Assembly: GCF_001194135.2 (NCBI RefSeq)
Contig: NC_068985.1
Location: 81,023,249-81,087,248 of the forward strand
Reading direction: 5' to 3'
From: Octopus bimaculoides
Taxonomy: Eukaryota
Length of the DNA: 64,000 nt
Within the stretch, counting starts at the first letter, position 1, and each line of letters opens with the position of its first letter. Shown piece by piece: positions 50,603 to 64,000 of the stretch. The notes beneath the pieces were generated by a model that saw only the letters and a list, made by a program, of their open reading frames with translations, did no database searches and was not told the origin of the DNA. Position numbers and translations under genes: made by a program.

Positions 50603-52104
50603 ATGATGATAATAATAATAACAATAATAATAATAACTCTCATAGGCATAGAGTCACAAATGTGGGGAAAGGTATAGTCAATTAGACCAATCCCACTAAT
50701 TAAGTGGTACTATTCATCATGAAAGCTTAAAAGACAAAATTCATGGTTAGTGAGATTTGAACTTAAAGCACAGAGGAACATAACTAAATTCTACAAGGCA
50801 TTTATTTGGGTACTCTGCTGATTCTGTCAGTCTACTTGACAATGTATCGCTTTGGCATTATTGTCACATATATTGACTCCCATTTATAAGACTGGTATTC
50901 ATATTATCTATTCTAGAAAGATTAAAACCAAAGTTCATCTTGGTAGGATTTAAACTCAGAATGCAAAGGAATTGATCTAAATACTCTGCAAAATCCTAGT
51001 TTACTGACTGTTCCCTGTCATTGTTAAAACATAAAAGTCAATGAAGATAAATTAATACATTTTAATACTTTTAGAATAGATGTTTAGAAATTCTGATTTA
51101 GAGGCAGAATCAGTCTAGTTGATATAAATAATCCAGAATATTTTAGATGTTGATTTTAATCAATGAATTATTATTCAGATTTTCCTCATCAGAAAATATC
51201 AATGAATCAAGTGTTTTTACCCTCTTTGTTTTGGTTTCTTTTTTTAAAAGTTATGTTTGGATTAAAGGGTTAATATGTTGTGAAGCATCCCTTTTGTTGA
51301 TCTGTGCTCTGATATGCTGTTGATGAAAATCTATCATCAGGCTATAAAGAAAAATTGCTTTACTGCAGTTGGTTTTCATTATCTTATTGTTGTTGATGAT
51401 CTTTGATGAGAAAATCAGACTCAGCTTCAACTTGATTTACTTGTGTATGATTCAGTAAATGCAGATAATCTTTTGATAAGCTGTTGGTTTTTAAAACAGC
51501 CAAATATGTAGCTCAGTCTGCAATAAATATATAAAGAAAAAAAAGCAAAAACAGAATTCAGAAATAGGATTTTTATGGAATGGGGTATTTGTTATTTAAT
51601 CAGCCTCATCAACAGCTGTAAGACTGTGGAGCAGTGACTGAGATACTAGATGGACAAACGAAATGCATTATTGTATTTGGTCACATCTCTTTATATTCCT
51701 AATGTAAATTAGTTTTCTATTTTTTTGTTTTGTTTTAAGGAGTGATAAAGTAAACATCACGATTACATCAAATATGATCCTCTTGTGTACAAATTTTGGT
51801 CTCATGCTTACTTAAGAAATCGATATTATCAACTGTTGTTGGGAAGTGATTTGGCATAAATTGAAGAATGCTTAGAGAATGTCTTACAAACATTTTAGCT
51901 TTGTCTTATTTTATTCCAGTTTGCTTGGTGTGATTCTACATTTCATTCCATCAAGTCAATAAAGGAAATAACTGTATTTTGCTGGGATCAATCTCATTGC
52001 AAATATTTCTTATTAAAAATTTAGACTAAAAATATGGCATGGCTTGTGAGGGATATAATAGATTGGCCTTGACATTACTTCAGTAATGAAATATGAAGTA
52101 AGTT

Positions 52105-52480
52105 AGACTAGGTGTAGGCATGGCTGTGTGGTAAGAAGCTTACTTCCCAACCACATGGTTCTGGGTTCAGTCTCACTACATGACACCTTGGGCAAGTGTC
52201 TTTTACTTTGGCCTTGGGCTGACCAAAGCCTTGTGAGTGGATTTGGTAGATGGAAGCCCATTGTGTATATATGCGTGTGTGTGTATATATGCATGTGCTT
52301 CAGCACTGCTTGACAACTGGTGTTGATGTGTTCACACTCCCGTAGCTTAGTGGTTTAGCAAAAAGAGATGGATAGAATAAGTACCAGGCTTAACAAAATT
52401 AAATGTTAGGGTCAGTTCAGTCAACTAAAAATTCTTCAAGGTGGTGTTCCAGTCTAATGACTGAAACAAGTAAAAGATAA
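52105..52480 (+). mobile_element. SINE family A, full length
   Basis: Complete head, body and tail. Confidence 0.88.
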
Positions 52481-53670
52481 AAAAAAAAAGCTAAAGGATA
52501 AATTACCAACAGTCAGTTAATAAAAAAACAAAAAAAAAACAAAAACGAATGTTTATGTAAAGGCTGGTTTAAAGAAGATACTGATTTGACATATATAATC
52601 AACAATTGCTGTCTATAGTTTATTGCCAGCATCTGCAACTCAAGTTTAGAAACACAGTATATAAATGTGATATGTCATATGTACAATAAAAATTACAGTT
52701 GCTTTCATATATCTCAGAAATTGAAGAGTACTCTTCATAAAGCTGCCACTGATTCAAAATTTTAGTGAAATCATTATGTCTTTTAAGATTAAACTTTACC
52801 TAAAAATGGAACATTTGGCAAGAAAGTTCTTTTTCTTTTTTAATTTGAAAAAGTACTTCTGTAATAATTATCGACTTGGAATTTTATAATTAATAAAATT
52901 TCAAAAGTATAAATCAAACAAGACTTCTCTTATTTGAATAAAATAAAAGTAGTGTTTATCTTCAAAACCATAAAATGATAGAATTATTTTATAGTAGTTG
53001 AATTAATAGTACCAATATATGTTTCATTTAATAGCTGGCTTCAAAACACATCGCCAAATCAGCATTGCATTATCTAGATAGCATATGTTTCTTGTGACGC
53101 TCTTTGATTTAGCTTCTCTAACCATTTGTGCCAAGCCCTTATGTAGACAAAACATCCAAATGATGGTAATTAATTTAGGTGACTCCACTTATTAAAACTT
53201 TTCTGTATTTCTTGTTCATGTTTTACTGTCTTGAAAATTATGTCTAGTGTTGTTTCTATTAGACTATTTATAGAAATTGTGTAAATTCTACTGCCTGTAA
53301 TTTTGCTGCTGTAGATTTCTGACTATTAGTTTTACTAAAGTTGTCTTTCCTTCTTCATGCACAAATTTAATCTGAACTGCTGATCACAATCTTAAAAGCA
53401 TATGCTGATAGCTGAAGCACTTTTGAATACACTTCTGATGTAGTTTTTAGAAGTAGCTAGTAAACATCGTTTCTATCCATGTAAATGGTTTAGTTAGAAA
53501 CCAGTGACCAGAAGTAGGCCTCTCAAAATTCTATACCAGTTTGGTTGTCAGCAACAAAGTGTGGAAAAAGATGATACAATAGCCTTCTATCAGTTCCTGC
53601 TTGGTGATGGGCTTTTGCTGGAAAGCCATTTCCATCTGTACTTTATTTCAAACATTAATATTGCATAAAA

Positions 53671-53890
53671 TACAAGGAGGTGTTGAAAAGTTCTTGGCTT
53701 TAAGAGTATTGCAAAAGGTATAGTTGGAGGCCTAACCTTCTGAGTTCTTTTACAGGGCTTAGAAAACTGAAGGACTACTGCAATATGTGTGTGAATCTGA
53801 GAGGGGAATATATTGGATAAAATTGTAATTAACTGATCCTCCTCTATTTTCTTTTACCCAAGGCCAGGAACTTTTGAGTACCTCCTTGTA
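53671..53890 (+). mobile_element. Mariner-derived MITE with TA TSD
   Basis: TA-caaggaggtgttgaaaagttcttggc ... gccaggaacttttgagtacctccttg-TA; internal 'EKLKDYCNMCVNLRGEYIG*' is a mariner C-terminus. Confidence 0.9.
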
Positions 53891-56014
53891 CAGTGCAGTT
53901 GTATTACATAAGATACAAAGCAATTGGAAATGGTTATCAAGAGATGGTGCAAATGACAGCTGCAATTTCAATTCTGCTTAAGGTACTCAAGAACTGGACA
54001 GTGGTATTGGCCTAGCATCCTATTACAAGTGATTTACCTTTGATGGTTACAAAAACTGATCTGAGTATCTATTTACATTAAATGTGCTCTATTCACTCTT
54101 ATTACTAACTGATGTAATATCCAATAACTGTACCTTTGCGAAACTTGAAATGTCAATCTTGTTGTTAGTAAGCATATATATATTTTACCACTGCTAAACT
54201 GTATTGTTTGAGAATTTAGTGCTTTCAATTATTGTTATTTATTGATTTCATTTTACACTGAAACATTCTTTCCTTTGTATTGTGTTATTTCAATAATTTC
54301 TGACTATCATATTTATTTCTCAGTGTCATTTCCTTTCTTTATTTTCAACCATGCATACACATATATATTTCAATTTTGTTAGCAGTTTACTGACCAACAG
54401 CACTGTTTTTAACTCTAATATAAAGACAACAAATTCAATCTAAATAACAATTCTCTAATAAAATATATTTCTCTTTACTTGATCATATTATTGAGTTCAT
54501 TTGTATTATGTTTTGTCAGATTGAGTTAACATTTCCATCTAAATTTCATTGTTTATTGTGTGTAATAAGTATGAACTTAGTCATTGTCAGACTCCCCACT
54601 GTTTTTTTCTCTCTCTCTTTTTTTTAATGTTTATTCTCTATTTTCATCTCTTGTGCTCTCTCTGTCTCCAGTCTCTCTTTCTCTTCACTTTTTCCACCTT
54701 AGTGACTACTTCATAACCAAATTCATTTTCCTTCTGTCAGTCACGAAAACAACATGCTTGGTTGATTCTGTTCTAACAAACAGTAACCTTCCATGAAAAT
54801 ATGTACTTCTTTTGATCATTCATATCATGTTTTATGAGAGTAAATCTGGTATCTTTTGAAATTTTATCTGTTTGAAGCTGTATGTGTATTCAATACAAGC
54901 TTTTATAAAAAAACAAGCACACACACACAAACACGCACACACACACATGCACACAGCACTGTACAACTTGAATTATACTTCTGAAAATTTTTATTTTTTA
55001 TTGCATTTCTTACCAATTGGTCTTTTACTTGAATGAAAATATAGCAGATAGTTCATTAAATGATTGTTATATTCTTTTCCTTATTAATTAATAATTGACA
55101 ACTATTTTAATAGAGGTAGAGGGGAGTGCAACATTCAGGAAGCATCTCTTCATGGACACATCTCTCAAACATATGCTGTTGTTGTTTAGCCTCCAGCCAG
55201 CCCTGATTAAGCTAGAATATGGTCAATAATGTTGTTCCAGTCATGGCTATCCTGTCAAATTTATTTTCATATATGTCTATCCTTAATTGATGGAGGGTGT
55301 AAGCTGTGAAAGGCTCTCTGGTTCGTTCCCTAAAATATGTTAATGTCATTAATCTCATCCTGAAGCAACTTTTCTGTCAACATGATATGCAGCTGTTTGT
55401 CTTTAAGTTTTGAATTTTACTATTATCATTTGTATATTTTTCAGTCAACCAAGGTAACAGGGAACACTTATATTTTATAGATAGAAACAATATATGAAAA
55501 AGCTGCAGTTGCAAATTCAGTTAACTTTCACCTTGATTTAAGTCATACATCACTCTATGTGAATTAGATCACTATAGTCAACATAAATGTCAAGCTATTT
55601 CACATTTACTTCCATAACATATAGTGTGTTGTGGTTGGATGTCATGGTTGCTGGGATAAATATTTACAGTTTTTCTAAGCTTTATGATGATAACTGATGT
55701 AAAGGTGAACTTCCTACTGGAAAAAAAAACAAAAAACAGCTTAACAAAAAGAAGAAAAAACAAAAGATACAGCTTCACAATAGATTAGTTTGCAACAGGA
55801 AAAGGTTGTCTGATGTTAACACACTCCAACCATCAGCTATCACATCAATTGTGGAAAATAAATATTTGAATGTGCTGGAAGATATACTTTTAGTATTTAT
55901 CTCCTTTCAAAAATGTCACATAACTGTATTGAAGTGCTGAGGTGTTTCTTGTGTACAATGTAAGAGAAGACAAAAGTGCATTTGCAAGTGTTATTATTAT
56001 TGATGAATATAAGG

Positions 56015-56545
56015 CTGTGAGCTGCCAGAATCATTAGCAGACCGGGTGAAATGCTTAGCAGTATTTTGTCTGTCTTCACTTTCTGAGTTCAAATTCCACT
56101 GAGGTTAACTTTGCCTTTCATCCTTTCAGGGTCGATTAATTAAGTACCACTGAAACACTGGGGTCGATGTAATCAACTAGTCCCCTTCCACTAAATTTCA
56201 GGCCTTGTGTCTATAGTAGAAAGGATTATTATTGAAGAATATGAGAGGAAATTCTCATGACGAAGGAATAGAGTAAAGAATGAATATATATAACCTGTCT
56301 AATTATAAGATAAACATATGAATTAATTTGTGAAATTTATTCTTAATTTCTTGAAATTGTTTAAGGTGGTAAAAATGTTTAGTGGCATTTTGTCCATCTT
56401 TACATTCTGAGTTCAAATTCCACTGAGGTCGACTTTGCTTTTCATCTTTTCAGATTGATAAAATAAGTACCAGTTGAACACTGGGGTTGATGTAATTGAT
56501 TTACCCACTTCCCCAAACTTGTTGGCCTTGTGCCAAAATTTGAAA
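56015..56545 (+). mobile_element. Two SINE B copies (56015-56232 and 56360-56545)
   Basis: B consensus. Confidence 0.85.
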
Positions 56546-57624
56546 TTAATTTCTTGAAATTATCTCCTTTCTTCTTTGAGAGTTGCTGGCACTGTTCGGA
56601 GATATGGTGTTTGCTCAGCTATTTGTGGTACTGAGCTGGAAAACATTTACTTTGCTATTTCCAGAGTTCTGGCTAGTGGTTTTTGGAAACTGGGGTTTGT
56701 TGCTCATATTTGCTGTTACTATTGCTCTTCATTGTTTTCATTTTCCTTATTTTTACCAAGTTTTTCTAGTTCTTCAGTGCATTCAATTTTAAGGTGTGTT
56801 TTGCTTTGACAAATATACTAACTAAACTTCCTACCTTATATCATTAAATGCATGGCCTTTTGTCTTGGTGCATTCCATTAAGCACAGCTCTGGTATTGCT
56901 CTGTGGCATTCAGCAATCACTGGTCTATTTTGATGGGCTCCTCATGACAGGTCATCTTTTTTTAAACTAACTTTGACCACTTTGCCATACTGTGACACAA
57001 AAGTCACTGCTAGCCATTGGTCTTTGTCATAAGTTTGATAACAAAATTTGCTTAGCAGGTGCAAAACCAGTTTTTCCGGAGTATGTTCAAAGTATTTTCA
57101 CTGCTTCCCCACCAAATTTTACAAGGTGCAAGCACACATCCTGTACCCACTGTTCCTGAGCCTATTTTCTATATTACATCCAGTGTCTTTTATTGTCATT
57201 CTTGTGTTTCTTCGTTCCTTGTGCTGGGACATAAATATATAGTCAGAGTTTTATCTGAAGGTTTCAGTTTATATTTTGGTTGCATTTTCAGTTTTAAAGG
57301 GACAGCAAATTGTGCTGTAGTTATTTTTCTTTCCTTTTGCAATTGGAATAATTTCTTTTAGAGGGCTTGATTTACTACATGACATAAGGGGAAATTTGGA
57401 CCACATCTGTCTTTCTGGAGATAGAGACATTTCAGTTATCTCTTCATTTTATTTGTGACAGGCCCAAAAGTTCTGTTTGTTAACTTCATACTGAATGAAG
57501 GTTTGCCTTCACAGAACTGCTAAAGGAACATCCCACGGTGTTCAGAATTGTAAAAGAATTGCTACTGTTGTTGCTGTGGTCACTGTCTCTATATTCCAAA
57601 TTACTTGTTTGAGTATTTACCTTT

Positions 57625-58020
57625 TATCGTTAATCTGTTTCAGTCATTAGAGTGTGGCCATGCAGAAGCACCATCTTAGATATCTTTTAGTTGGATGAAT
57701 CTACTCCAGTACTTTCTTTCTCAATCCTGGTACTTATTCTATCATCTCTTTTTGTCTAACTACTAAGTTATAAGGTTGTAAATGAACCAACACCATTTGT
57801 CAAGTGTTGAGGACACACACACACACACACACCGACCTACCTACATATATATATATATATATATGATGGGCTTCATTCAGTTTCTGTCTACCAGATCTAC
57901 TCCTAAGGCTTTGGTTGGCCCAAGACTATAGTACAAACACTTGCCCAAAGTGCTATGCAGTGGGAAAGAACCTGGAACAATGTGGTTGGGAAGCAAGCCT
58001 CATAGCACACAGCCACACCT
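57625..58020 (-). mobile_element. SINE family A
   Basis: Reverse complement of the A consensus. Confidence 0.8.
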
Positions 58021-58328
58021 TCACATAGACAGCCATGCCTTCTATTTAATATTCACTAAAATCTTTGTTGTTTTCTTTTTCTACTTATATGTGTATTGAT
58101 ATGTATATATACATCTAGAAGCATTTAAATGTGTAAGTATCTAAATGTTGATGTGATCTACTTGTTTCTCCCATCAAATTACTGGCACAAGACCAGTAAT
58201 TTGGTGGGAGCGGCAAGTTGATTACATCAACACCCCTTTCACTGCATTTGACTGGCACTTTATTTTATTGATACTATGAGAATGAAAGACAAAATTGACC
58301 TGCGCAGCATTTGAAATAATAATAATAA

Positions 58329-58546
58329 TAAAACATTCAAACAAATACATAACAAAACCTCCAGGACTTACAAGTATATACAGCATACAAAAAATAGCAC
58401 TACTAGGCACTACACACATCCTACATAAAACACTTTTAATACAGTGAAAATAAGAGCACAACAAAAAACCACAGCACATACCCAAAGTACACAGAGCTGA
58501 ACTCAGCAGTGCGGTGAAAGCATATGATAAAAATAAGACTACTGAA
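58329..58546 (+). mobile_element. R4/Dong 3' end (same family as 47590-48586), in (TAA)n
   Basis: 'KYITKPPGLTSIYSIQKIALLGTTHILHKTL' and the shared 3' UTR. Confidence 0.88.
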
Positions 58547-59194
58547 TAATAATAATAATGATGATGATGATGATGATGATATAACAACAACGATAATAAT
58601 AAAGGTATTTAAAAACAAGTTGTTTCTAATTGCAGATCTTCCTGAAAAAGGTGCGCTTGAAGATCAGGTAAGTTATGTTTAATATTTGAATTGATAGAGT
58701 TGATAGAATGTTAGAAAAGACATCTGGGGCAGTGGATTAGCAGAACTGCTGGAGCATCAAATGGAATGACTTGTAGTATTTGTTCCAGCTCTTTGCTTCT
58801 TGAGCAATGAGCGATAGACTTAATCCATTGCTCAGCTTAGCTCCATTAGTTGGTTCTTGAGTAGATTTTGTGGAGGATTCTGTCGGAAGCATTTAATCCA
58901 GATCTCCAGTTTGTGGATACCTTTCTTCATCTCACCCACTCAACAGACTTGGATACCATGGAATGGATCAAGAAAAAGAGTCGGAAAATAAATGTCGTAC
59001 AATATTTAGCTGTCCCTTTATTTTTGAATTAATATCCTGCTGGATTTGACTTTTCATTTCACCCTTGTGAGATCAATAAAGTAAGTACCACTTTTATGTA
59101 TGGGTCAATTTAGTTGATTACGTACCTTTACATTGCATATTGGAAGCCTTGTACCATTACATTGCATATTGGTACCCTTGTACATGCACTTTTC

Positions 59195-59445
59195 TGAAGG
59201 TGCATGGCTCATTGGTTAGAACTTTGAGCTTATGATTGTACAGTTGTGAGTTTGATTCCTGAACTGGGCTGTGTGTTGTGTTCTTGAGCAAGACATTTTA
59301 TTTCACATTGCTCCAGTTCACTCAGCTGTAGAAATAAGTTGCGATGTCACTGGTGCCAAGCTGTTTCAGCCTTTGCCTTTCCCTTGGATAACATCAGTGG
59401 CATGGAGAGGGGAGGCTGGTATGCATGGGTGACTGCTGGTCTTAC
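59195..59445 (+). mobile_element. SINE with a D-type head and a different body
   Basis: ttcttgagcaagacattttatttcacattgctccagttcactcagctg matches 11090-11140. Confidence 0.7.
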
Positions 59446-62400
59446 ATAAAACAACCCCAAGTTGTGAGTTTGCTGGTGAGACAACTTTCTGCCCAGACTT
59501 GTACCCTCTTAGGTCCACCCATGGTCATTCATGACTGATGGAGTAGAGTTCTAGCCTTGTACCATTGAATAAAAACAATATTTGATTAGAGTTCATACCA
59601 ATAATATACTGAGATTGATTCAAAGAACTATGACATACCACATAGAAGTCAAACTTTTGCTTCTGGACGGATTCAGTATTTGATTAGAATAAATTATTGT
59701 AGTACAGCAAGGAAATTGTTTTCAGCAAGCAAATGCAGAAAAACTTCCTGGTTCATATCATGTCACCAATCTTCCTCCTCTGCTCCTCCCTCTCCTCCTC
59801 TTAGTCATTGTCGTTTAGCATCCATTTTCCATAACAACAAAGCTGTTGGTTACTTGATAGCTATTTCCATAGTCCCTGTATGTGTCCTTCCCACCTAATC
59901 ATTCTCCAGATCAAGTAACAATGTAGGTTGTCACCAAGATAAAGCCATCACAAAGAATTAGTTTGATACAGCAATGATAAATGAATCGATAATTATACTT
60001 TGAAATATTTACACTATGGAAATAAATAATGCAAATAGATTTCAAATAATGTTTTATTTTACATTTGTTTCAATTGATTTCTATCAATTCCTTAGGGTTT
60101 GTGTTACTGTGTTGTTTTTGAATGCAAATATTTCCAAGTTTCTACAAAAATGCTTGAGATGTATTTTACATTACTAACAAGTAGGCTACACTAATAATAT
60201 CTTTCATAGTTTACATGATACATCGATTCTAAGAAATGAGGGAATGACAAAGAATGTTTATTTGTCTGTAGAGGAAAGTAAGTGAACTGCCTGGTGCTAC
60301 ATGAAAAAAAAAACCTGTTATAATTGATGAAAATAAAGTATTATAATTAATAAATACATTGGCTGTAACTTTAAGATACTAAGCTAATGAATACATAGTT
60401 ATGAGTTCAAAACTACAGCCAGAAGTATTATGTTGTGCCTTAGTATAAAGTGCAATACCTATGTATAGTTGTAAGCAAACTATAGTTCACCAACCGAATC
60501 CAGTCTGCAGTTTAATTTCATCCATTCTTCTATCTTCATTGAATACGTGGCCTTACATACAAATATTCTTTGTTTTCCCTCTATCTTTGGTTATAGAGCA
60601 ATAAGATTTAGAACAGAAAAATAGACCAAAAGTCTCAGTCACAAATGGTTTTGTGAGAAATCTCCCACCTCCAAAAAAAAATGTGAGATTCCTTTCATTG
60701 GTAAAAAAAGGAGTTTCACCTGGCACAAAATTTTAACAGTAAAGAATGGAGAAAAAAGGACTAACAATATCTTGCATAGTTTACATGATACATTGATTCT
60801 AAGAAAAGGAAATGACAAAAAAAATGTTTATTTGTCAATTGAGGAAGATAAGTAAACTGTCTGCTACCACATCATATCTCTCTCTACACTTACCCCCCAC
60901 CCCCACCATTCACCTCAGCTGAAAATGATTTAATTCCCTCAATGCAACCAGCAATACTCTTCAGTTTTCAATGGTTTTATTTGGTCATCAAAGATGCAAA
61001 CTCTGGTAATCATTTCTGAAGCACAAAACAAAGTTTGATAGTAAGTAAATGGAAGTTGATATAGATGTACATTCTTGTAATAAAGAGCATTAAAGTAATT
61101 GAAAGACCAAACGATTTCCATAACTTTGTATAACCATGGTTTCCATTTTTAGGCACTTGGCCTGAAAGGCACAAAAACGTTTCCAAACTTATGTCTTCCC
61201 AAAAGACTTTAATGAACTCTGCCATAGAAAAATACATGATTCTGCTTCCTTCAGCTTGCCCAATTGTCATGCTTCATGGTTTAGTTGTTATTCGGTTATT
61301 AGTTGGAAAGGCATCCAATTATAAAAGCATATACTCTAAAACCAATTTGACCCATATAAGCTTGGAAAAATGGATGTAAGTAATATCCTCCCCTCCACAA
61401 TATATCTCTTATAACTTAACCCGAGTTCTGTTTATTACAACACAAAAAACAATTTTCCCATTTGCTAAGTTGATAGATTGTCAAATTTTTTCATAATATG
61501 ATGAACACACTTGTACCTTGTTGCCCCACCCTTTGTAATTGTCTTATTTTCATTAAATTGATCCTTACTACATCTTTCTTTATCTACTGGAATGCAGAAG
61601 CTGATAGTTAATGTACAATATCTGTGGAACTTCAGTCAACAGCTAATGAGGAGAACTCTCACTTTTTGTTCTCATTCCTCCCTCTATAACTCACATTTCT
61701 TCATCTTAACATTCTGCATCTCTCGTCTGTCCACAACCTGGACATACTACATTTTCAAAACCCAATTCAATGTGACCTTTCTACCTTCTCCAGGCTCACT
61801 TATAAGAGGTTGAATTGAATCACATCCCATCCACTGCTAACTTCATCCTGTTATACTTGTTCTGCTGTACTACCAAATATTACACTCTCTACAGAGACAC
61901 TTCTATTGTCATAGAACACCTACTTTTGCTTTCTTCTCACTATCCACCCTTACTTCTCTAGAATGTTCTTCACTCACTACTCCCCACTATCGCTCTTGCT
62001 TTCTTTTTCCACACCCTCTTCACATTGTTAGTATACTCTAGGGTGTCTGACAAGTTGTAAACCTCTTGGTGTATTGTTATCAAATGAATAAAAACATATG
62101 ATGAATAATTTTCCGCTCTTTACAGCTCTTTCTTACATAACTTTTAATAGAAGAATGAAAACATTACATCATCATAAAAGACTGTAATCATCAGATGAGA
62201 AGTAATTTTACAAAATAAAAGAATATCCAGGAATATAGCATTGATATGTCTGTCAAGGTCAGCTCTGAATGGGAGAATGAGCACTTATGTTGACAGTTTA
62301 GGTTAAGAATGTATTTCTTTAAAGTGTGTAATTTGATATCAAAGGTTAGTGATTCAGGTCAGAAGGAGTCTGCTAGACTAGATCATGGGTAAACTGGAGT

Positions 62401-62544
62401 GGGTTGTAGGAGAAAATTTATTATGGTAAACTCTGGGTTGTGGTAAATAAGGAGGGGGTCATAAAACAATTAAGGATAAGAGATTGATTTTTTTATCCTC
62501 TCTTTTTCCCTTATCTGAAACTGCCTCCTCACAGGAGTCTGAGG

Positions 62545-63171
62545 CCCACAAGTACATGACGTTAGACATGAGTTGTGTTGTGTTCACTGAAAAAAACCAG
62601 GGTGATCTTTGATGAACCTGACAGTTGGGAAAATGGTGTCTATTTTGGAGATGAGAATCAACAACATTGACAACATCAACAACAGGGTGGAAGGGTCATG
62701 TTGTGGGATGGTATCATTGAGGACAGACTTGTAGGCCCAGTCAGGGTGTCTGAACAGCTTAAAGTGACCATAGTCGCCTACTGCAATCTCCTGAAGGAGA
62801 TCTTGGATCCCTGGCTAGATGACATACTGTTGTCACTTTTAAGGAATCTTGTATTCATGCATGACAACACTCCCTCCCACTCTGCCAAGACTACCCAAAC
62901 ATTCCTAGGGTCTTACAGCATACAAGGTGAAAGGTTGATGGTGTGGCTGTTAGCATCTCTGGATCTCAACCCTTTCGAAAATCTTTGGTCCATCATTAAA
63001 TGACTTGTTTATACCGATGGACGCCAATTTTTGTTGAAAGATGTCTTACGGGTGACCATCAAAGTTGCAACAGAGGCAGTCCAACCTGCTACGATTAAGG
63101 AATTGATAGATTCTATGACTAATAAGCTTTTTAAAATTATCTGTCGAAATGGCCCTCATGTGGCTAAATAA
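62545..63171 (+). mobile_element. Tc1-like transposase pseudogene with DD37E spacing (TRT-like)
   Basis: 'FDEPDSW', 'QQQGGRVMLWDGII..LVGPVRV', 'FMHDNTPSHSAK..GERLMVW..DLNPFENLWSIIK..GRQF'; 37 residues between the second D and E. Confidence 0.9.
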
Positions 63172-64000
63172 TTCTTTATGTCAATAGATGTTATAATATT
63201 ATGGTTTTCTGTTAAATATATACTCAATATATGCTTAATATGTATCATTACCCTTCATTTTCTGAAAAAAAAAATGTCTAGATGGGCTATTTTCATTCAA
63301 AAGCTATTAGCGTGGTTCACCCCAAAACTGAAGAATCTGAAATAAAAAAGGACATTACACAGAATAACGAAAACATAACAATGCTGTTGCCATTGTGTGA
63401 AAACCAGTTGGGAAAGTTTTATCCAAATTGATTCACAGAAAACTGAGAAATCCTAAATTTCACTCCTAAGCTATTGGTGTGGTTGTGTGTGTGTATGTAT
63501 ATATATATACATGCATATGTATATGTGTGTATATATACATATGTATATGTGTGTGTATATATATATATATATAAAAAATATTAGTCAAATAATAAAAAGA
63601 CTGGGTTAACAACTCAACATATCACACACCCTCAATGAACATAAGAAATACAGCATAATCCATCAAACATAAGGAATAAGAAGAGATAACGCAAGAAAAA
63701 TAATGCAAGAAGAAAGAATAAATAAATAAAAATATAGCATATAGTATAAAATTTTTATACACGAATATATTGCTTCAACCGATAACATGGAACTGAAAAA
63801 AATTGAGTTAAAGATATAAGGCAATACGCGTGAATATCATTTCATAGAAGTTAAAAAAGTTAAAATTAATACGAATAAAAATTAATACGGAAGGAGTAAA
63901 AATTTCAAATATATAATATAATAAAATATGATATAAGTCGATATAGTAAAATAAAATGTCATGAAGAAATGAGGTACCATAAAGTAGTCTATCAGTTGAA

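Noticed and set aside
53290-53390. Minus-strand 'EEGKTTLVKLI', P-loop-like
   Set aside because: It lacks the first Gly of GxxxxGKT, the frame is short and splice support is poor.
61600-62030. CT-rich stretch, possibly an ancient LINE on the minus strand
   Set aside because: No translatable motif could be established.

Overview
This is AT-rich eukaryotic DNA from a gapped scaffold, dense in microsatellites. The repeat landscape and the 5S rRNA termini suggest a coleoid cephalopod, probably Octopus (inference). No host protein-coding gene could be recognised; only a few short splice-signal-bounded exon candidates were found. Almost all ORFs in the track come from microsatellites, gaps or decayed transposons. 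Retroelement relics: RTE LINEs, R4/Dong-type REL elements sitting in (TAA)n, a Penelope fragment and several tRNA-derived SINE families. DNA transposon relics: Tc1 DD36E with TIRs, Tc1 DD37E/TRT-like, mariner DD34D and its MITEs, a pogo/Tc2-like element, an hAT-Charlie element with TSDs, and piggyBac-type MITEs. Two observations stand out. (1) A decayed tRNA-Glu(TTC) lies 12 bp upstream of a full-length decayed 5S rRNA copy on the minus strand (48822-49005), resembling a dicistronic tRNA-5S unit or a chimeric SINE head. (2) A tRNA-headed SINE carries a minimal type I hammerhead-ribozyme motif (20474-20519). All family names come from motif recall, not database searches, and many boundaries are approximate.
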